From the NCBI GenBank assembly GCA_951406725.2, contig OX597838.1:41416001-41480000 (forward strand): a stretch of 64,000 bases of DNA, given 5' to 3'. The notes below the pieces were generated by a model. That model was not told the origin of the DNA, made no database searches, and saw only the letters and a program-made list of their open reading frames with translations. The position numbers and the translations under genes were made by a program. The stretch comes from Octopus vulgaris (lineage: Eukaryota). This document shows, piece by piece, positions 26,031 through 38,498 of this stretch. The stretch's first letter is position 1. Each line of letters begins with the position of its first letter.

Positions 26031-27224
26031 GTTGTCTTCTTAATAATATTTACATGGTTTGATGCGGCTGGGTAGAACTGTGGGGACATGATATTTAATG
26101 TTTTCATCTGGTTGTTGATGTTTACATAATCACAATTATAATCTGCCAAAAGCTCTAACCTTTAGACGACGGGAAAGAGTTGTATGAACGTGTGTGCGAA
26201 ATGGGCATAAAAAAACACAGAAGTCTCTTTTTCTTAGGGGTAATTTTTATAATTATTTTCACGAAATATAAACAGTATAATTGTTAGTCTTTCGCACAAT
26301 GAAATTTGCAATCTCACTACACTCTCCTTTGACGATGGCCGAATTGATGTAAAATTTTTGAAATACTAATTGATGATGTCCGTGGTTGAAGGATTAATGA
26401 TGTGACTGAATGGGAAAATGGTACAGTCTAAGTCTATCAAACAGCAATATTGGTGAGTTGAATTTGGGAAATGGACAAAATATATTCAAATATTTTTCTA
26501 CGTCAGTCCAATTTCCAATATTAATTTTTTCAGGGTTTGTATCTGATAAAATGCCGTCAGTGATGCGACAGAAATTTTTTCCCACTGTTATTTCCTTAAG
26601 AATTCTCCACTGAAGGAGGAGGGGGCGGATAGGCCTGACTCAGCCCTGTAAAATGGATGTGAACCCTTCCTTAACCCAACTGACAATTACACACTGCATT
26701 TTCTGACAAGCAGCGGTTAAAAATGTGAAATAAAGGATAGTTCAGGTTGCACACACCTTCACTGTTTTTGCCCACCGGTGAATTCTAGTCGTCGATTCCA
26801 AGAGAGTGACAATTAGTGTTCCTAAACACATTTTGGTGTTTTCAGTCAACGAAGTAATTAGTGGTGCCTTTGTAAAGCTATATATTGATTGACCTACACC
26901 GAATGAGAGAGAGATTGGGTTGTTCTAGGATCATTGGCGGAGTGCGGGTTAGAAGACAGCCTCCGGTGCCAGTTTTAAGGGTCACCGTGACTGGTAGAAA
27001 GTCCTCCTCAGATCGGAGTCCTGGCCTGAAGGGAACAAAATGCTGAACATCATCTCCTGGGCCTTGAGTACTAAAAGTACCCAAGGCCCAAGTGATGATG
27101 TTCAGTAGAGTGGTGGGAAAATCTACCACGGTTGAATGACTTGAGATGAACAGAAGATTGCAGCTTGATGACACTGTATATTGTGCATGTCCAGATAAGG
27201 ATGGAGATGATGCCCTGGTTTCCA

Positions 27225-27304
27225 TTCATTTCTCTCGATGTTTGCGTGATTAAGTCATTTGTTTTTGTACTTCATGTCGTTTACAGTTGGTGACGTCCTG
27301 TACC

Positions 27305-27342
<38 letters not shown>

Positions 27343-27920
27343 GTATTATTATTATTCACCTGAACGCCACGCATCCATTTCAAGTAAGTTTATCTTAACC
27401 CTTTTCATCCGACTCTGTACTGTTTTCTCCACCATCCTCCTCTAATTCCCTTTTTCTCCCCTTCGCCGTTTTCTCTCTCTCTCTCTCTTTCTTGTTGTTC
27501 ACACGTGATCATCGTCCATCTTTCTTTTCCTGCACGACTTCCTAAGGACTGGACGTCTTCTATCTTTCCTCTTTTCAAAAGAAACTATTTCTCCCAGCGT
27601 TCACTATTTCCCCTTCGTTCTGGTCTAACGACCCTCCATGTTTATTTTCGTTCGGTTTCCTTATATGTCTCCACTATCCTGTTTTTGTTCCAAACTTTGA
27701 CATTCCATAAATCAAAAAATTTATTTTGGAAGTTATGGGGGCAACTGTCTTCGAAGACTCATTGTCGTTGAATGCTCGAAATGAGTAGATAGCCCACAAC
27801 TGATGAAGGGTCATTCTTTGTGTTACTTGTCTTGTTTTCCATTTTTCTCTAGTCATTTGCGTATTTAACTCGTTTGTTTTTGTACTTCATGTTGTTTACA
27901 GTTGGTGACGTCCTGTACCC
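27225..27920 (+). mobile_element. Non-coding element with ~90-bp terminal direct repeat and hammerhead-like motifs (Penelope pLTR-like tandem)
   Basis: TTTGTTTTTGTACTTCATGT(C/T)GTTTACAGTTGGTGACGTCCTGTACC occurs at ~27258-27304 and ~27873-27919, each followed by (TA)n. Interior CTGTCT-TCGAAGA..CATT/AATG..CGAAATGAGTA-GATAG, then CTGATGAAGGG (~27745-27810). Confidence 0.55.
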
Positions 27921-27984
27921 TATATATATATATATATATAAGGTTAGCCAAAATATTTATTTGATTTTTAAAAATAAGACACTA

Positions 27985-28138
27985 GTGGCTGTGTGGTAAG
28001 TAGCTTGCTAACCAACCACATGGTTCCGGGTCCAGTCCCACTGCGTGGCACCTTGGGCAAGTGTCTTCTACTATAGCCTCAGGTCGACCAAAGCCTTGTG
28101 GGTGGATTTGGTAGACGGAAACTGAAAGAAGCCTGTCG

Positions 28139-28171
<33 letters not shown>

Positions 28172-28390
28172 GCGTGTGTGTGTTTGTGTATCTGTGTTTG
28201 TCCCCCTAGCATTGCTCGACAACCGATGCTGGTGTGTTTATGTCCCCGTTACTTAGCGGTTCAGCAAAAGAGACCGATAGAATAAGTACTGGGCTTACAA
28301 AAGAATAAGTCCTGGGGTCGATTTGCCCGACTAAAGGCGGTGCTCCAGCATGACTGCGCAGTCAAATGACTGAAACAAGTAAAAAAGAGA
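27985..28390 (+). mobile_element. Full-length SINE family A
   Basis: Near-identical to 23973-24358. Confidence 0.92.
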
Positions 28391-29055
28391 GAGTTTTAAA
28401 CAAAGCGATTAACTCAATCAATGATATAATTACCGTTTCTTTCCGATATCTTCCGCCAATTTTGGGGCAGATCCATTATTCCCTGCTGAAAAAATTTCCT
28501 GCCTTGAAGTGTCACGTACCTAACAAGTACGCATGCGCAAGGGAAAGACTGAAGTTAGCAACGGATTAGAGTGTTTGAGGTTTTGTGTCGACAAAAACTA
28601 AACGTTCATTTTGGGCAAGCAAGCATGTGTGTGTGTGTTCGCACACACAATGTTAACTGTCGGAAGAAAGAGTACTCAATATCAGAACCACTTTCATTAT
28701 TATCCTCTTCCAACCATACCCTCTCCCCCCACCCCTGCTATACTCCATCTTTAACATCTTTATCCCCTACCCACTCCCGTTGCTCTTACATATCTAACAT
28801 AACCCCCCACCCCTCGAGCCATTCCTATATCTCTCACCATCAATCCCTACACCTATCCCCACCCCGTCTCAAACCACCTCACTGCACATTCTTCTGAAAT
28901 TTTCCCTTCTGTCCACCCCCCTCCGCCTACACTCACCAAGTCCAATCTTGCATCACTTCACCTACATTCACCTCACCCTCAATGTACCTTGAAAGTATGC
29001 CCCGACACACATCCACCACCATCCCTCCCTCTCTCTCGTGTGTGTGTGTGTGAAG

Positions 29056-29386
29056 GCACAGGCTTAGTGGTTAAGGTATTGCACTCACGATTGCGAGATC
29101 GTGGGTTCGATTCCCAGACCGAGTGTTGCGTTCTTAAGCATCTTCGACATCTGACATGTGGCACCCAGTTGCACTCTTTTACTCTTTTACTTGTTTCAGT
29201 CATTTGACTGTGGCCATGCTGGAGCACCGTCTTAAGTCGAGCAAATCGACCCCGGGACTTATTCTTTGTAAGCCCAGTATTTATTCTGTCGGTCTCTTTT
29301 GCCGAACCGCTAAGTGACGGGGACGTAAACACACCAGCATCAGTTGTCAAGCAATGCTAGGGGGACAAACACAGACACACAAACAT

Positions 29387-29417
<31 letters not shown>

Positions 29418-29702
29418 CATATATACGACAGGCTTCTTTCAGTTTCCATCTACCAAATCCACTCACAAGGCATTGGTCGGCCCGAGGCTATAGTAGAAGA
29501 CACTTGCCCAAGGTGCCACGCAGTGGGACTGAACCCGGAACCATGTGGTTGGTTAGCAAGCTACTTACCACACAGTCACTCCTGTACAGGTAATGTCGAT
29601 CTGGTGAAGGGAGTGAGCTTATGTCTACACAAACATATCGTCTGTATGGTTGTTCGGTATGAAGTTGTCGAACCCTCATACGTCGTCTAACGACAAGAGT
29701 CC
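29056..29702 (+). mobile_element. tRNA-derived SINE (family E) split by a nested family A SINE
   Basis: Head GGCTTAGTGGTTAAGG..GGTTCGATTCCC at 29056-29120. The segments either side of the insertion are colinear with the uninterrupted copy at 50805-51103. Confidence 0.7.
29175..29583 (-). mobile_element. Full-length SINE family A (nested, inverted relative to the 27985 copy)
   Basis: Reverse complement of the family A consensus. Confidence 0.92.
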
Positions 29703-29724
29703 ATCATATATTACATACAACTTT

Positions 29725-30063
29725 TTCTTCCTCCTCCTCCTCCTCCAACTGGAGCATCCTTGAACCTCTTCTACAGCAAGACACCCATCTCCACCTCTCG
29801 TCAACTGGCACAAAGGCATCTCTCTCAACACTACTCCTCCCCATCGAAAAGACTTTGTCTTGCAAATTGCCTGCTGACCCCGCTGGAGCTACGACAAAAA
29901 AGCATCCAGTACACTCTGGAAAGTGGTTGGCGTTAGAAAGGGCATCAGGCTGTAGAAACCATGCCAAGGCAGACAATTGAGCTTGACATGGCCTTCTGAC
30001 TAGCCAGCTCTGTTCAAACCGTTCCACCCATGCCAGAATAGAAAACGAACGTTAAATGATGAT
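29725..30063 (+). mobile_element. RTE-type 3' UTR/tail
   Basis: GTGGTTGGCGTTAGAAAGGGCATC...CCATGCCAG..ACGTTAAATGATGAT. Confidence 0.75.
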
Positions 30064-30085
30064 TTAGTTATATATATATATATAA

Positions 30086-30124
<39 letters not shown>

Positions 30125-30271
30125 TAAATATATATATATATATAAATATAAATATAAATATATATATAAATAAATAAATATATAAATATATATATAAATA
30201 AATAAATAAATATATAAATATAAATATATAAATAAATAAATAAATATATAAATATAAATATATAAATAAAT

Positions 30272-30598
30272 AAAGACCCCCTTCGGTCATGAATGACCAT
30301 GGGATTGCACCTAGAAAGTTACCCTCCTAGACACAAGTCTGGGCAAGGTTGTGTATGGAAGACCAGCAGTCGCCCATGCATACTAGCCTCCCCTCTCCAC
30401 GCCACCAGTGTTATCCAAGGGAAAGACAAAGGTCGATACAGCTTGGAACCAGTGACGTCGCAACTCATTTCTACAGCTGAGTGAACTGGAGCAACGTGAA
30501 ATAAAGTGCCTTGCTCAAGAACACAACACGCAGCCCGGTCCGGGATTCGAGCTCACAACCTCACAATCGTAAGCTCGACGCTCTAACCACTGAGCCAT
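30272..30598 (-). mobile_element. tRNA-derived SINE (family D)
   Basis: Minus-strand head TGGCTCAGTGGTTAGAGCGTCGAGCTTACGA..GCTCGAATCCC followed by CORE-like TTCTTGAGCAAGGCACTT. Flanked by (TAAA/TA)n and (GATA)n. Confidence 0.85.
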
Positions 30599-30631
<33 letters not shown>

Positions 30632-30635
30632 GATA

Positions 30636-30839
30636 TAGTAATCCCTCGACTATCACGGGTGTTACGTTCCAAAAACCCCTGCGATAGATGAAAATCCGCA
30701 AAGTAAAACAGTTCTGTACCGTATATTTTTTTTTTATATATTATTTGTATTTATTTATTTTATTATAAATGCAAAACACCACCACAGCGTAATCGACGTA
30801 TGCTTAAATGATAAACCGCGATATGGCGAGGGATTACTG
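30636..30839. mobile_element. Tc1/pogo(Tigger)-type MITE
   Basis: TIR (T)AGTAATCCCTCG ... CGAGGGATTACTG with TA target duplication. Confidence 0.85.
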
Positions 30840-31075
30840 TATGTATTGTAGATGTAGAACCTGAGACACATTTAGGAGAGCCTCGGCTTCACTAGCATGA
30901 ATTATGCTCAAATCAATACGCCAGTCTTTCTTTTGCCCGAGTCAAATGTAACAAGCTTATGTTTGTACTTTAATTGCCTTTTTTCCACGCACACAATTCC
31001 TTTGAGACTGACCAAGAACTCGAAACCTCAAGACCCAAAGCAAGTACCAATGCTACTGGTTAATTAACAGCTTAA

Positions 31076-31272
31076 CCCTTTCGTTACCAACCCGGCTGAA
31101 ACCGGCTCTGGCTCTTTTGTACAAATTAAAACCTTCCACCAAACCTTAGTCACAATTTATGTCCCTAACTCTAGCTTTATGATAACGATGTTATTTTACT
31201 TAATTCTTTGTTATATTTAAAATAATTGGAAGAAACACTGAGCATCTAAAAATAAATTCAGTAACGAAAGGG
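31076..31272. mobile_element. piggyBac-like MITE
   Basis: TTAA|CCCTTTCGTTAC ... GTAACGAAAGGG|TTAA: perfect 12-bp TIR with TTAA TSD. Confidence 0.9.
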
Positions 31273-31666
31273 TTAAATGTCTATTTCAAAGCAGTTAGTA
31301 CCACGCCAATTTCGCCGGTGTTTCATCAACCACTTGGCACCGGCAGAGCAGAGAGAGAGATGTATACATCCTCAACTCAGCGTTTCGACCAGAAACATAA
31401 AACACTTTAATACGAAACACATGCAAGAACATACTTAGTTAATGCGGGCCTCTCTGCATATTGACCGTAGAGAAACGGACCGACACATACGTATATGAGA
31501 GGCGGGCAGAAAGAGGAGGTGCCGGGGGAACGAATGGTGTTAAGTCATTAATAAATAGTCGAGAGAGTTTTAAAGCTGCCTGATCACTAATCAGATCTAA
31601 TTCGTGCACGATTAATCCTGCTGAACTTCTTCAGTGGTACATTGATGTTTCTACCCGGATTTCGAA

Positions 31667-31981
31667 GATGATGATAATGATGATGATGATGGTGGTGGTG
31701 ATGGTGGTGATGATGGTGGTGGTGGTGGTGGTGATGGTGGTGATGATGGTGGTGGTGATGGTGATGGTGGTGATGATGGTGGTGATGATGCTGATGATGA
31801 TGGTGGTGATGATGGTGGTGATGGTGGTGATGATGCTGATGATGATGGTGATGGTGGTGATGATGGTGGTGATGGTAATGGTGGTGATGGTAATGATGAT
31901 GATGGTGGTGGTGGTGATGTTGGTGGTGATGATGATAATGATGATGATGTTGATGATGGTGGTGGTGGTGGTGATGATGAT
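31667..31981. repeat. (GAT/GGT)n trinucleotide array
   Basis: Directly visible; source of the poly-His/Val/Met ORFs. Confidence 0.97.
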
Positions 31982-34520
31982 AACACTCTTGTATGTAAAT
32001 GGGTGCAAGAGGTTGAATGCATGAAACCGTAAATACTGGAGCCAATGGTATGGGAAAGATGCGCATGCACTCATGGCTGGTTGGATGTGCTGACTCAAAC
32101 AAAACCACATAGCTGATTGCTTGTGTGTCTATGCAGGTCTGTCAGGCCGTTAAGCACATTTGTATAAGTATGCACAAGTAGGTCGAGAGAGAAAGTGCTC
32201 AGGTCTCCTTCACTGGGTTCCACGCGATAGTGTAGAGTGTTCCCTGTCCATGCAAATGTTCGTATACAAACTGTCCAAAAGTCTGGTAGACGTTACATGA
32301 ACTTTGATTTCGCATTTGGGTTAGAAGGCCTTCATCATAAAAGCAACTTGATCCTTTCCAGAAAAGGGAGACGGCTTTGTTAAAACATCAGACCCAGCAG
32401 TATCCTTAAGCATAGCTCAATTCTAATCCCTGACTCTTGAACAAAACAAAAACACTAGGGATAGGAAAGAGATTTTGTGATGTTCATGCCTTTCTGAGTA
32501 TTAAGTGGATTTATATCAAGGATGAATAAAACCCACACCCAGCAACCTCGCTAAACAAGATTATACCAACTGGAGTATGGTGCTCACCATTTTATTATTC
32601 TAGCAATATAGTCTTCCATTTTAGCCACGGAAAACAAGGCCATTAAACATAAGTGCTTTTCATACAAGAATTACGAATGGAACTGAAACTGGATTCAACT
32701 TTAAAATGAATTTTCCAAATGAAATCCACCTCAGTCAATATCAAAGCGTGTGTTTCTGGCAAGATTGAGCCAACGCCAATTGAACTTTACTTCCCCCATT
32801 AATGCATCCAAGACAACATTCAATTTGTTTCTTTTGTACTGGTTTTAAAACAAAACAAATAAAAACTATAAGCTTGGTGGAAGAGACATTACATCATCGA
32901 ATTCATATCGTTACATTATTTGGCTTTGTCCATCTTGGTTCGAAAATCGTGTCACCATGGAGAATGTCAATTTTATTAGTCTTCTAAGGAGAAAAAAAAA
33001 CTCAAGTGAAATAAATAAATTTTAAATAAAACCTTTAACAGAAGTGAGCTGTGCATGACCACATTACCGACTGAAAGAAAAAAATATATAACAATTGCGT
33101 TAATAGATTTCTCGTCATTTAAAATTGTTATTTTCCTGTCTGACTTAAGGTTTCATGTGTGAACATCTTCCAGAAGGAAGAATCTAAACCACAATATGCC
33201 AGACAAATCACTAATTATCTGATAAGACAGAGACAGAAAAGAAAGGGTGTGTAGGGGAGGACTGCTCGGAGAAAACATCATCAGTAGCAGACATGGTGCT
33301 GTGGTTTTAAGAAATTTGGTTCTCAAACATGTGGTTTCAGGTTCAGTCCTACCATGTGGCACCTGGTGCAAGTGTCTTCTACTATAACCCCAGGCCAACC
33401 AAAACTATGGGTAGATAGAAACTGAAAGAAGCCCATCATATACACAATCATAGAAAAGTGGACATTATTTGAGGATGAAAATGACAATATATAGGAGTTT
33501 TCTACAGATTAAATGTAAAAATGGCTCAGGTCTAATATGTAATACGAGTAAAAGAAAAAAACCATTCAGATTATCCAGGCAATCAGTGGGCAAAAACTCG
33601 TTAGCTTTAAAATAAAAAAAAAAAGATCCACTCCAATCTCCATTGTCTATCTGGTCCAAGTATAGACAATCAACAGATTTTAAATACCTGCTTCAAGGAA
33701 GTTTTTGTCTCCTAATTGTTCAGATAGCCTTGACTGATTGAAATTTTTTTTTTGTGTGATATCATTTATAGTAATTTTGAATTGTTAACTATCAGTGGCT
33801 GAAGTAGGGTGGGGAGTATGGGGACTGAGCAGCAGTATTCCAGAGGGATGGTCACTTTGAAGTGGAAGAACTGAGAAAGTCTGAAATTCAAGGAATAACA
33901 CACAACACGGAATAAGAGGAAGAGAGGCTGGTTTAAAACTGAGGAGGTTTCGTCATCAAATTCAAAGACAATTGTAATAACATTAGAGGATTAATGCAGA
34001 TTAAGAATGAACAAGTGATTGAAACGTGCTTGAATGAGGTTGTTGTCGATGTGTAGCCCCAGGCCAAACAGGATCAAGCCATCCTATGGCATGCAGATAC
34101 ATAGTTTGACTGTTACTGGACCATTTTCTCAGTTATACCAATGTTCCCCCACCCCACCCAATCACTTTGCTGCATGCACACATCAACATGAAGATCAGCA
34201 TGGTAGCCCTCTCTTTCTACTCTCGAGACGAGTCCTGAACACTGATCAATGGTGATGGTCATAGTAACGGCGGTGGGTAAATACATTCAAAGATGTTGTT
34301 CCCCTGCTGTAGTTGTTGATGTTGCACCACCACCCCACCACCCCTGTCCAGTGTTTCAGGACAGAAAGTCTGATGTTGCAACGAAAGTGATTCTCTTGTA
34401 GTGGTACTTTTGTGGGTTGCATAAGTCTCTGGATGTGTGGAGCTGGTTTTCCATGCAGTGACACAAAACTGTTGACTTTGGGGCCTTGCTACAATATATA
34501 TATATATATATATATATATA

Positions 34521-34685
34521 GGCGCAGGAGTGGCTGTGTGGTAAGTAGCTTGTTTACCAACCACATGGTTCCAGGTTCAGTCCTACTGCGTGGCACCTTG
34601 GGCAAGTGTCTTTTACTATAGCCTCGGGCCGACCAAAGCCTTGTGAGTGGATTTGGTAGACGGAAACTGAAAGAAGCCCGTCGTA

Positions 34686-34726
<41 letters not shown>

Positions 34727-34943
34727 GTGTGTGTGTATATGTTTGTGTGTCTGTGTTTGTCCCCCTAGCATTGCTTGACAACCGATGCTGGTGTGTTTAC
34801 GTCCCCGTCACTTAGCGGTTCGGCAAAAGAGACCGATAGAATAAGTACTGAGCTTACAAAGAATAAGTTCCAGGGTCGATTTGCTCGACTAAAGGTGGTG
34901 CTCCAGCATGGCCACAGTCAAATGACTGAAACGAGTAAAAGAG
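34521..34943 (+). mobile_element. Full-length SINE family A
   Basis: GGCGCAGGAGTGGCTGTGTGG start through GAGTAAAAGAG tail; (TA)n on both flanks. Confidence 0.92.
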
Positions 34944-36510
34944 TATATATATATAAAAAAAAAAGGAAAAACTGTGCTCTTGCATTTTCTGGATGGTATC
35001 TTAGTACTTTGCTTCATTGTGTCAGCATGATATGTATACAGCCTGTGTTATGATGCATGGTGCAATGGTCTGTGTTTTGTTGTAGAGAGAATGGAAATGG
35101 AGAGATGGATCGGACAGGCAGAGCCCTGAGTAGCCCCAATGTGTTATATGCCATTGATGTATCCATCTTTTGGACAAATGAGATAGCTGTGAAAATGGTA
35201 GATGTGATTCTGCCATCATAAACTGGAGCTCCTTTCTGGAGAAACCGTTGAAACGGTAGCAGAAACACACTGTCAGGTAACTGATCGAATGAGAAGTGTG
35301 CGAAAGCCTGAGGACCAGTTAAGGAGTCAGTAATTGCAGTTTCTGGTCCCAAAGACCCACTCTTTGACTGGAACCTTTGTTTCTTTTACTGCAACATTTC
35401 AACCAAAATCGCACAACCATAGTGGAAGATAATGGCAAACAGCATTGCAGCTTTTGTGTCAGAAACAATAATTTGGGGAACGGCAGACTTCATAACTTCT
35501 AGTTCCAACTTAATGCAGACATAATTGCAATAATTGCCAAGAGAGAGAGAGAGAGAGAGAGAGCGGGGGGGGGGGGTTGAACTGAAATGAAAATTCTGTA
35601 GAGTAACATTTAATGTGGACCCCATTCACATTTGTTATATGATCTGATAAAGACATGACTCACTGGTTTCCATGGTGACTGGGTTTGTGCTTCTGCCCAT
35701 CACCTACAGATGATGGATCAGTGTAAGGCACTGACTGCAACTTAACACATTTCACACACAATTTGCTTGTGAAAAAACAATAAAATTACATAAACGTAAC
35801 TATGAATATATAAACTGAACCTGCCTGGCTTATGTAGTTTGAGACGTAATAGAGAGAACACCCAAGGAGACAACAAAGCAAAAAAAAAAAAAAAAAAAAA
35901 GTGACATCTAAAGTGTTGGTGGTTGATGTTGGAAGTGTTGAAAGATGAAAAGGTGCACAACAAAGAAACAAAAAAAAGAGAGAAATGTCTAGTAAACGTG
36001 AAGCATGTTTTAGAATTTTAAATACATTTTTCATATTAGCACTGCTGAAGCAGTTTTGACAAATCCAGATATTGTTTGATATTTTTTTCCACTACTGTTG
36101 AATATTGGTTGTCCAGCCATTTCCTTCCCTGGCCAAATTTCAATGCCATAAATCCTTCAGAAAACAAACAGTATATTGTATAAAACATACCAAGACATAG
36201 GGGAGGTGGGATACCTTTGTCAATAAAACCAGCCTCTGTTGCACAGAAAATGCCATCTCTGATTCATCTGTATCTGAGACTAATTGGAATGGTTCATGCA
36301 TCTGATTCAAAACACGAGGAAAAGGAGTACAACTCTTACGACTTGTTTGTAGAGAGAATACAGGCTATGTGGCTAAGCAGTGCCCTTCCCAACTACAAGG
36401 TTTCCGGTTCAGTCCCACTGAATGGTACCTTGGGCAAGCGTCTTCTATTATAACCCCTGGACTAACCAATGCCTTGGGAGTGAATCTGATAGACAGAATC
36501 TGAAAGAAAC

Positions 36511-36574
<64 letters not shown>

Positions 36575-37123
36575 ACGCATTTGTGTTCCTCCAGCTAATC
36601 ACTGGCACTCAAGTCATTGAAATGCAATAGCTTTAAGAGCGAGTCAAGCCCATCAGAGTTTTTAGAGACAGACATACAGACAGGCAGAATAAGGATCAAT
36701 TCAGAATATCAAAATGGATTTCCAACTGTATGTAGTCCAACATCCTGAATGTGGTGAAGTAGTAGTTGAAGAGATTATGCAACATTCATGCATTTCCTAG
36801 CAGTCTTGCTGATGAACACACATTCCAAACAATTGCTTCCTCTTTGCCTGTCAATGGCAAACTATGTCAGAACTAATAACCTGCAGCCACATATCCAACT
36901 GCCCACCACCAACGACCCAAACACTGAATTGTCTGAATGACAGTCAACATGGGCAAACAGCAATGGTGAGGTTTGAGTTGATGACAAAAAGGTCTTCAAG
37001 AGCACAAAACTGAGTCTCAGAACTATGGCAACTACATACAAGTCTGTTCAGACACCAGCTGTTAAAGAGCTTAAAAAGAATGATGGTCTTCAATCTGAAA
37101 GGGACACCATTTCACATCCTTAA

Positions 37124-37696
37124 CCCTTTAGCATTCAGACTATTCTGTCAATTGCTTTGAATTAACCATGCATTATCTCATAGGTTTGAGATTTCAATAA
37201 TGTAATTATATTTAGAATTACACTAGCAGTATTGCTTGGGTTTGTTTCGACTCTTTAGTTGGAATTTTTGAAAAGTAAAAATTTTGCATTATGTAGCTCT
37301 TTAAGTGAACATTTTTCTGGTTGAAATACACCAAAAAATGGCGACATAGCAGTAAAAAGAAATCGTAAAAAAAAGGGATTTTCATAGAAAAAAAGCACCT
37401 TTTTGATGTAAATAATTTTTGGTGTTAACATGGTCCAATTTGAATTTTTTCTTCTACGGAATGAAGAGCAAGCCTTCTTCTATCATACTCTCAATTTTGG
37501 TCAACTTGCGCCGCAGGGTCTCGGAGGAGATAGTGTTAAATGAAGGCTACCAAACCTGCCATACACAGACAGCTTCAGCTTCATATAGAGAGAGAGAGAG
37601 ATTGTAGAATAGGTGCAGGAGACTAGATCTGGTCAGCTTCACCAAAAATCCAGTAGAATATTTGGGCTGGATGTGGCCAGTTTAAATGCTAAAGAG
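37124..37696. mobile_element. piggyBac-like MITE interrupted by a Helitron
   Basis: TTAA|CCCTTTAGCATT ... AATGCTAAAGAG|TTAG. The two halves are homologous to the intact 48245-48467 copy (opposite orientation). Confidence 0.75.
37223..37601 (-). mobile_element. Non-autonomous Helitron-like element
   Basis: Minus strand starts TC(TC)nTATATGAAGCTG and ends CAATACTGCTAG. It sits between host A (37222) and T (37602) with no TSD; removing it restores ATTACATTGTAG, matching ATGACATTGTAG in the intact MITE. Confidence 0.75.
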
Positions 37697-38007
37697 TTAG
37701 ACTAGAATTGAGCACAGCAATGCCAGAAAGATGGATGGTTACATAATAGCAGCACGAGCCAGGCTGAAGCACCCCTCTGTCAGGCTAAATAAGATTATCC
37801 AAGTGACAGGAAGAGTAACTTCAGCTGAAGAAATTCATTCACCCCCCCCCCCCATTGCAATTACGATATTAATTATAACATATTTCTGTTTGTAAAGTCA
37901 AATGGTTAATCCTGGATTTTGGCCGTGTTGCCTTTCAGGCCAACTTGCATTAAAATCCTTCATGGACTCATCCACCCTGATCTGATGATCAATGGAACAC
38001 ATGTTAA

Positions 38008-38177
38008 CCCTTTTGTTAACAGATTTCTGTTGAAATACCCTGACTTTGTTTCATTTAATTTTGACAATAATGAAGAATTTAGAAAATAACTGAAATTTTG
38101 TTTTTATTGAAATCACTTTGAAACAAAAAGTTCATATCATACAAGGACAGCTTAAGGCAAGATGGAATGAAAAGGGG
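38008..38177. mobile_element. Decayed piggyBac-like MITE
   Basis: TTAA|CCCTTTT ... AAAAGGGG|TTAA. Related partial copies near 45535 and 52351. Confidence 0.7.
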
Positions 38178-38498
38178 TTAAGGAAATTAAGCCAAAAGCC
38201 TAATCAAGATAGTTAATTGCAGCTAGTAGAGGAAATATCAATTAGAATGTAGGAATGAACTCAACAAATATAAAGAATAAGACACTGCCATCAAACTGGG
38301 AGTCTTGGTAACCAAAATATTACTAATTCACAACTTAATCCTACAAAAAAAATAATAAAAAGCTTGTAGTTTTGTATGTCTACAAATTTATCAAGTCTCA
38401 ACATTTTAAAGAACAATCCTGGGTTTTTTAATGCACTAAGTCATCATTGATGCCATACCAATTAATGGATTGCTGAAATTTATATATATATATATATA

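Noticed and set aside
30525-30598. tRNA-like sequences (also 15630-15707, 29056-29125, 45345-45420, 63625-63688)
   Set aside because: No complete acceptor stem, and each continues into a SINE body, so these are SINE heads rather than tRNA genes.
31587-32110. Poly-His / poly-Pro-Ser ORFs (also 39866-40203 and 40669-41233)
   Set aside because: Trinucleotide arrays open in several frames on both strands, with no splice or domain support.
34040-34480. LINE endonuclease-like words (DRGGGVVV, IFECIYPPP) on the minus strand
   Set aside because: Too decayed to assign by eye; similar unassignable relics at ~26.2-26.9, 32.0-32.4, 35.0-35.5, 36.6-37.1 and 43.2-43.9 kb.
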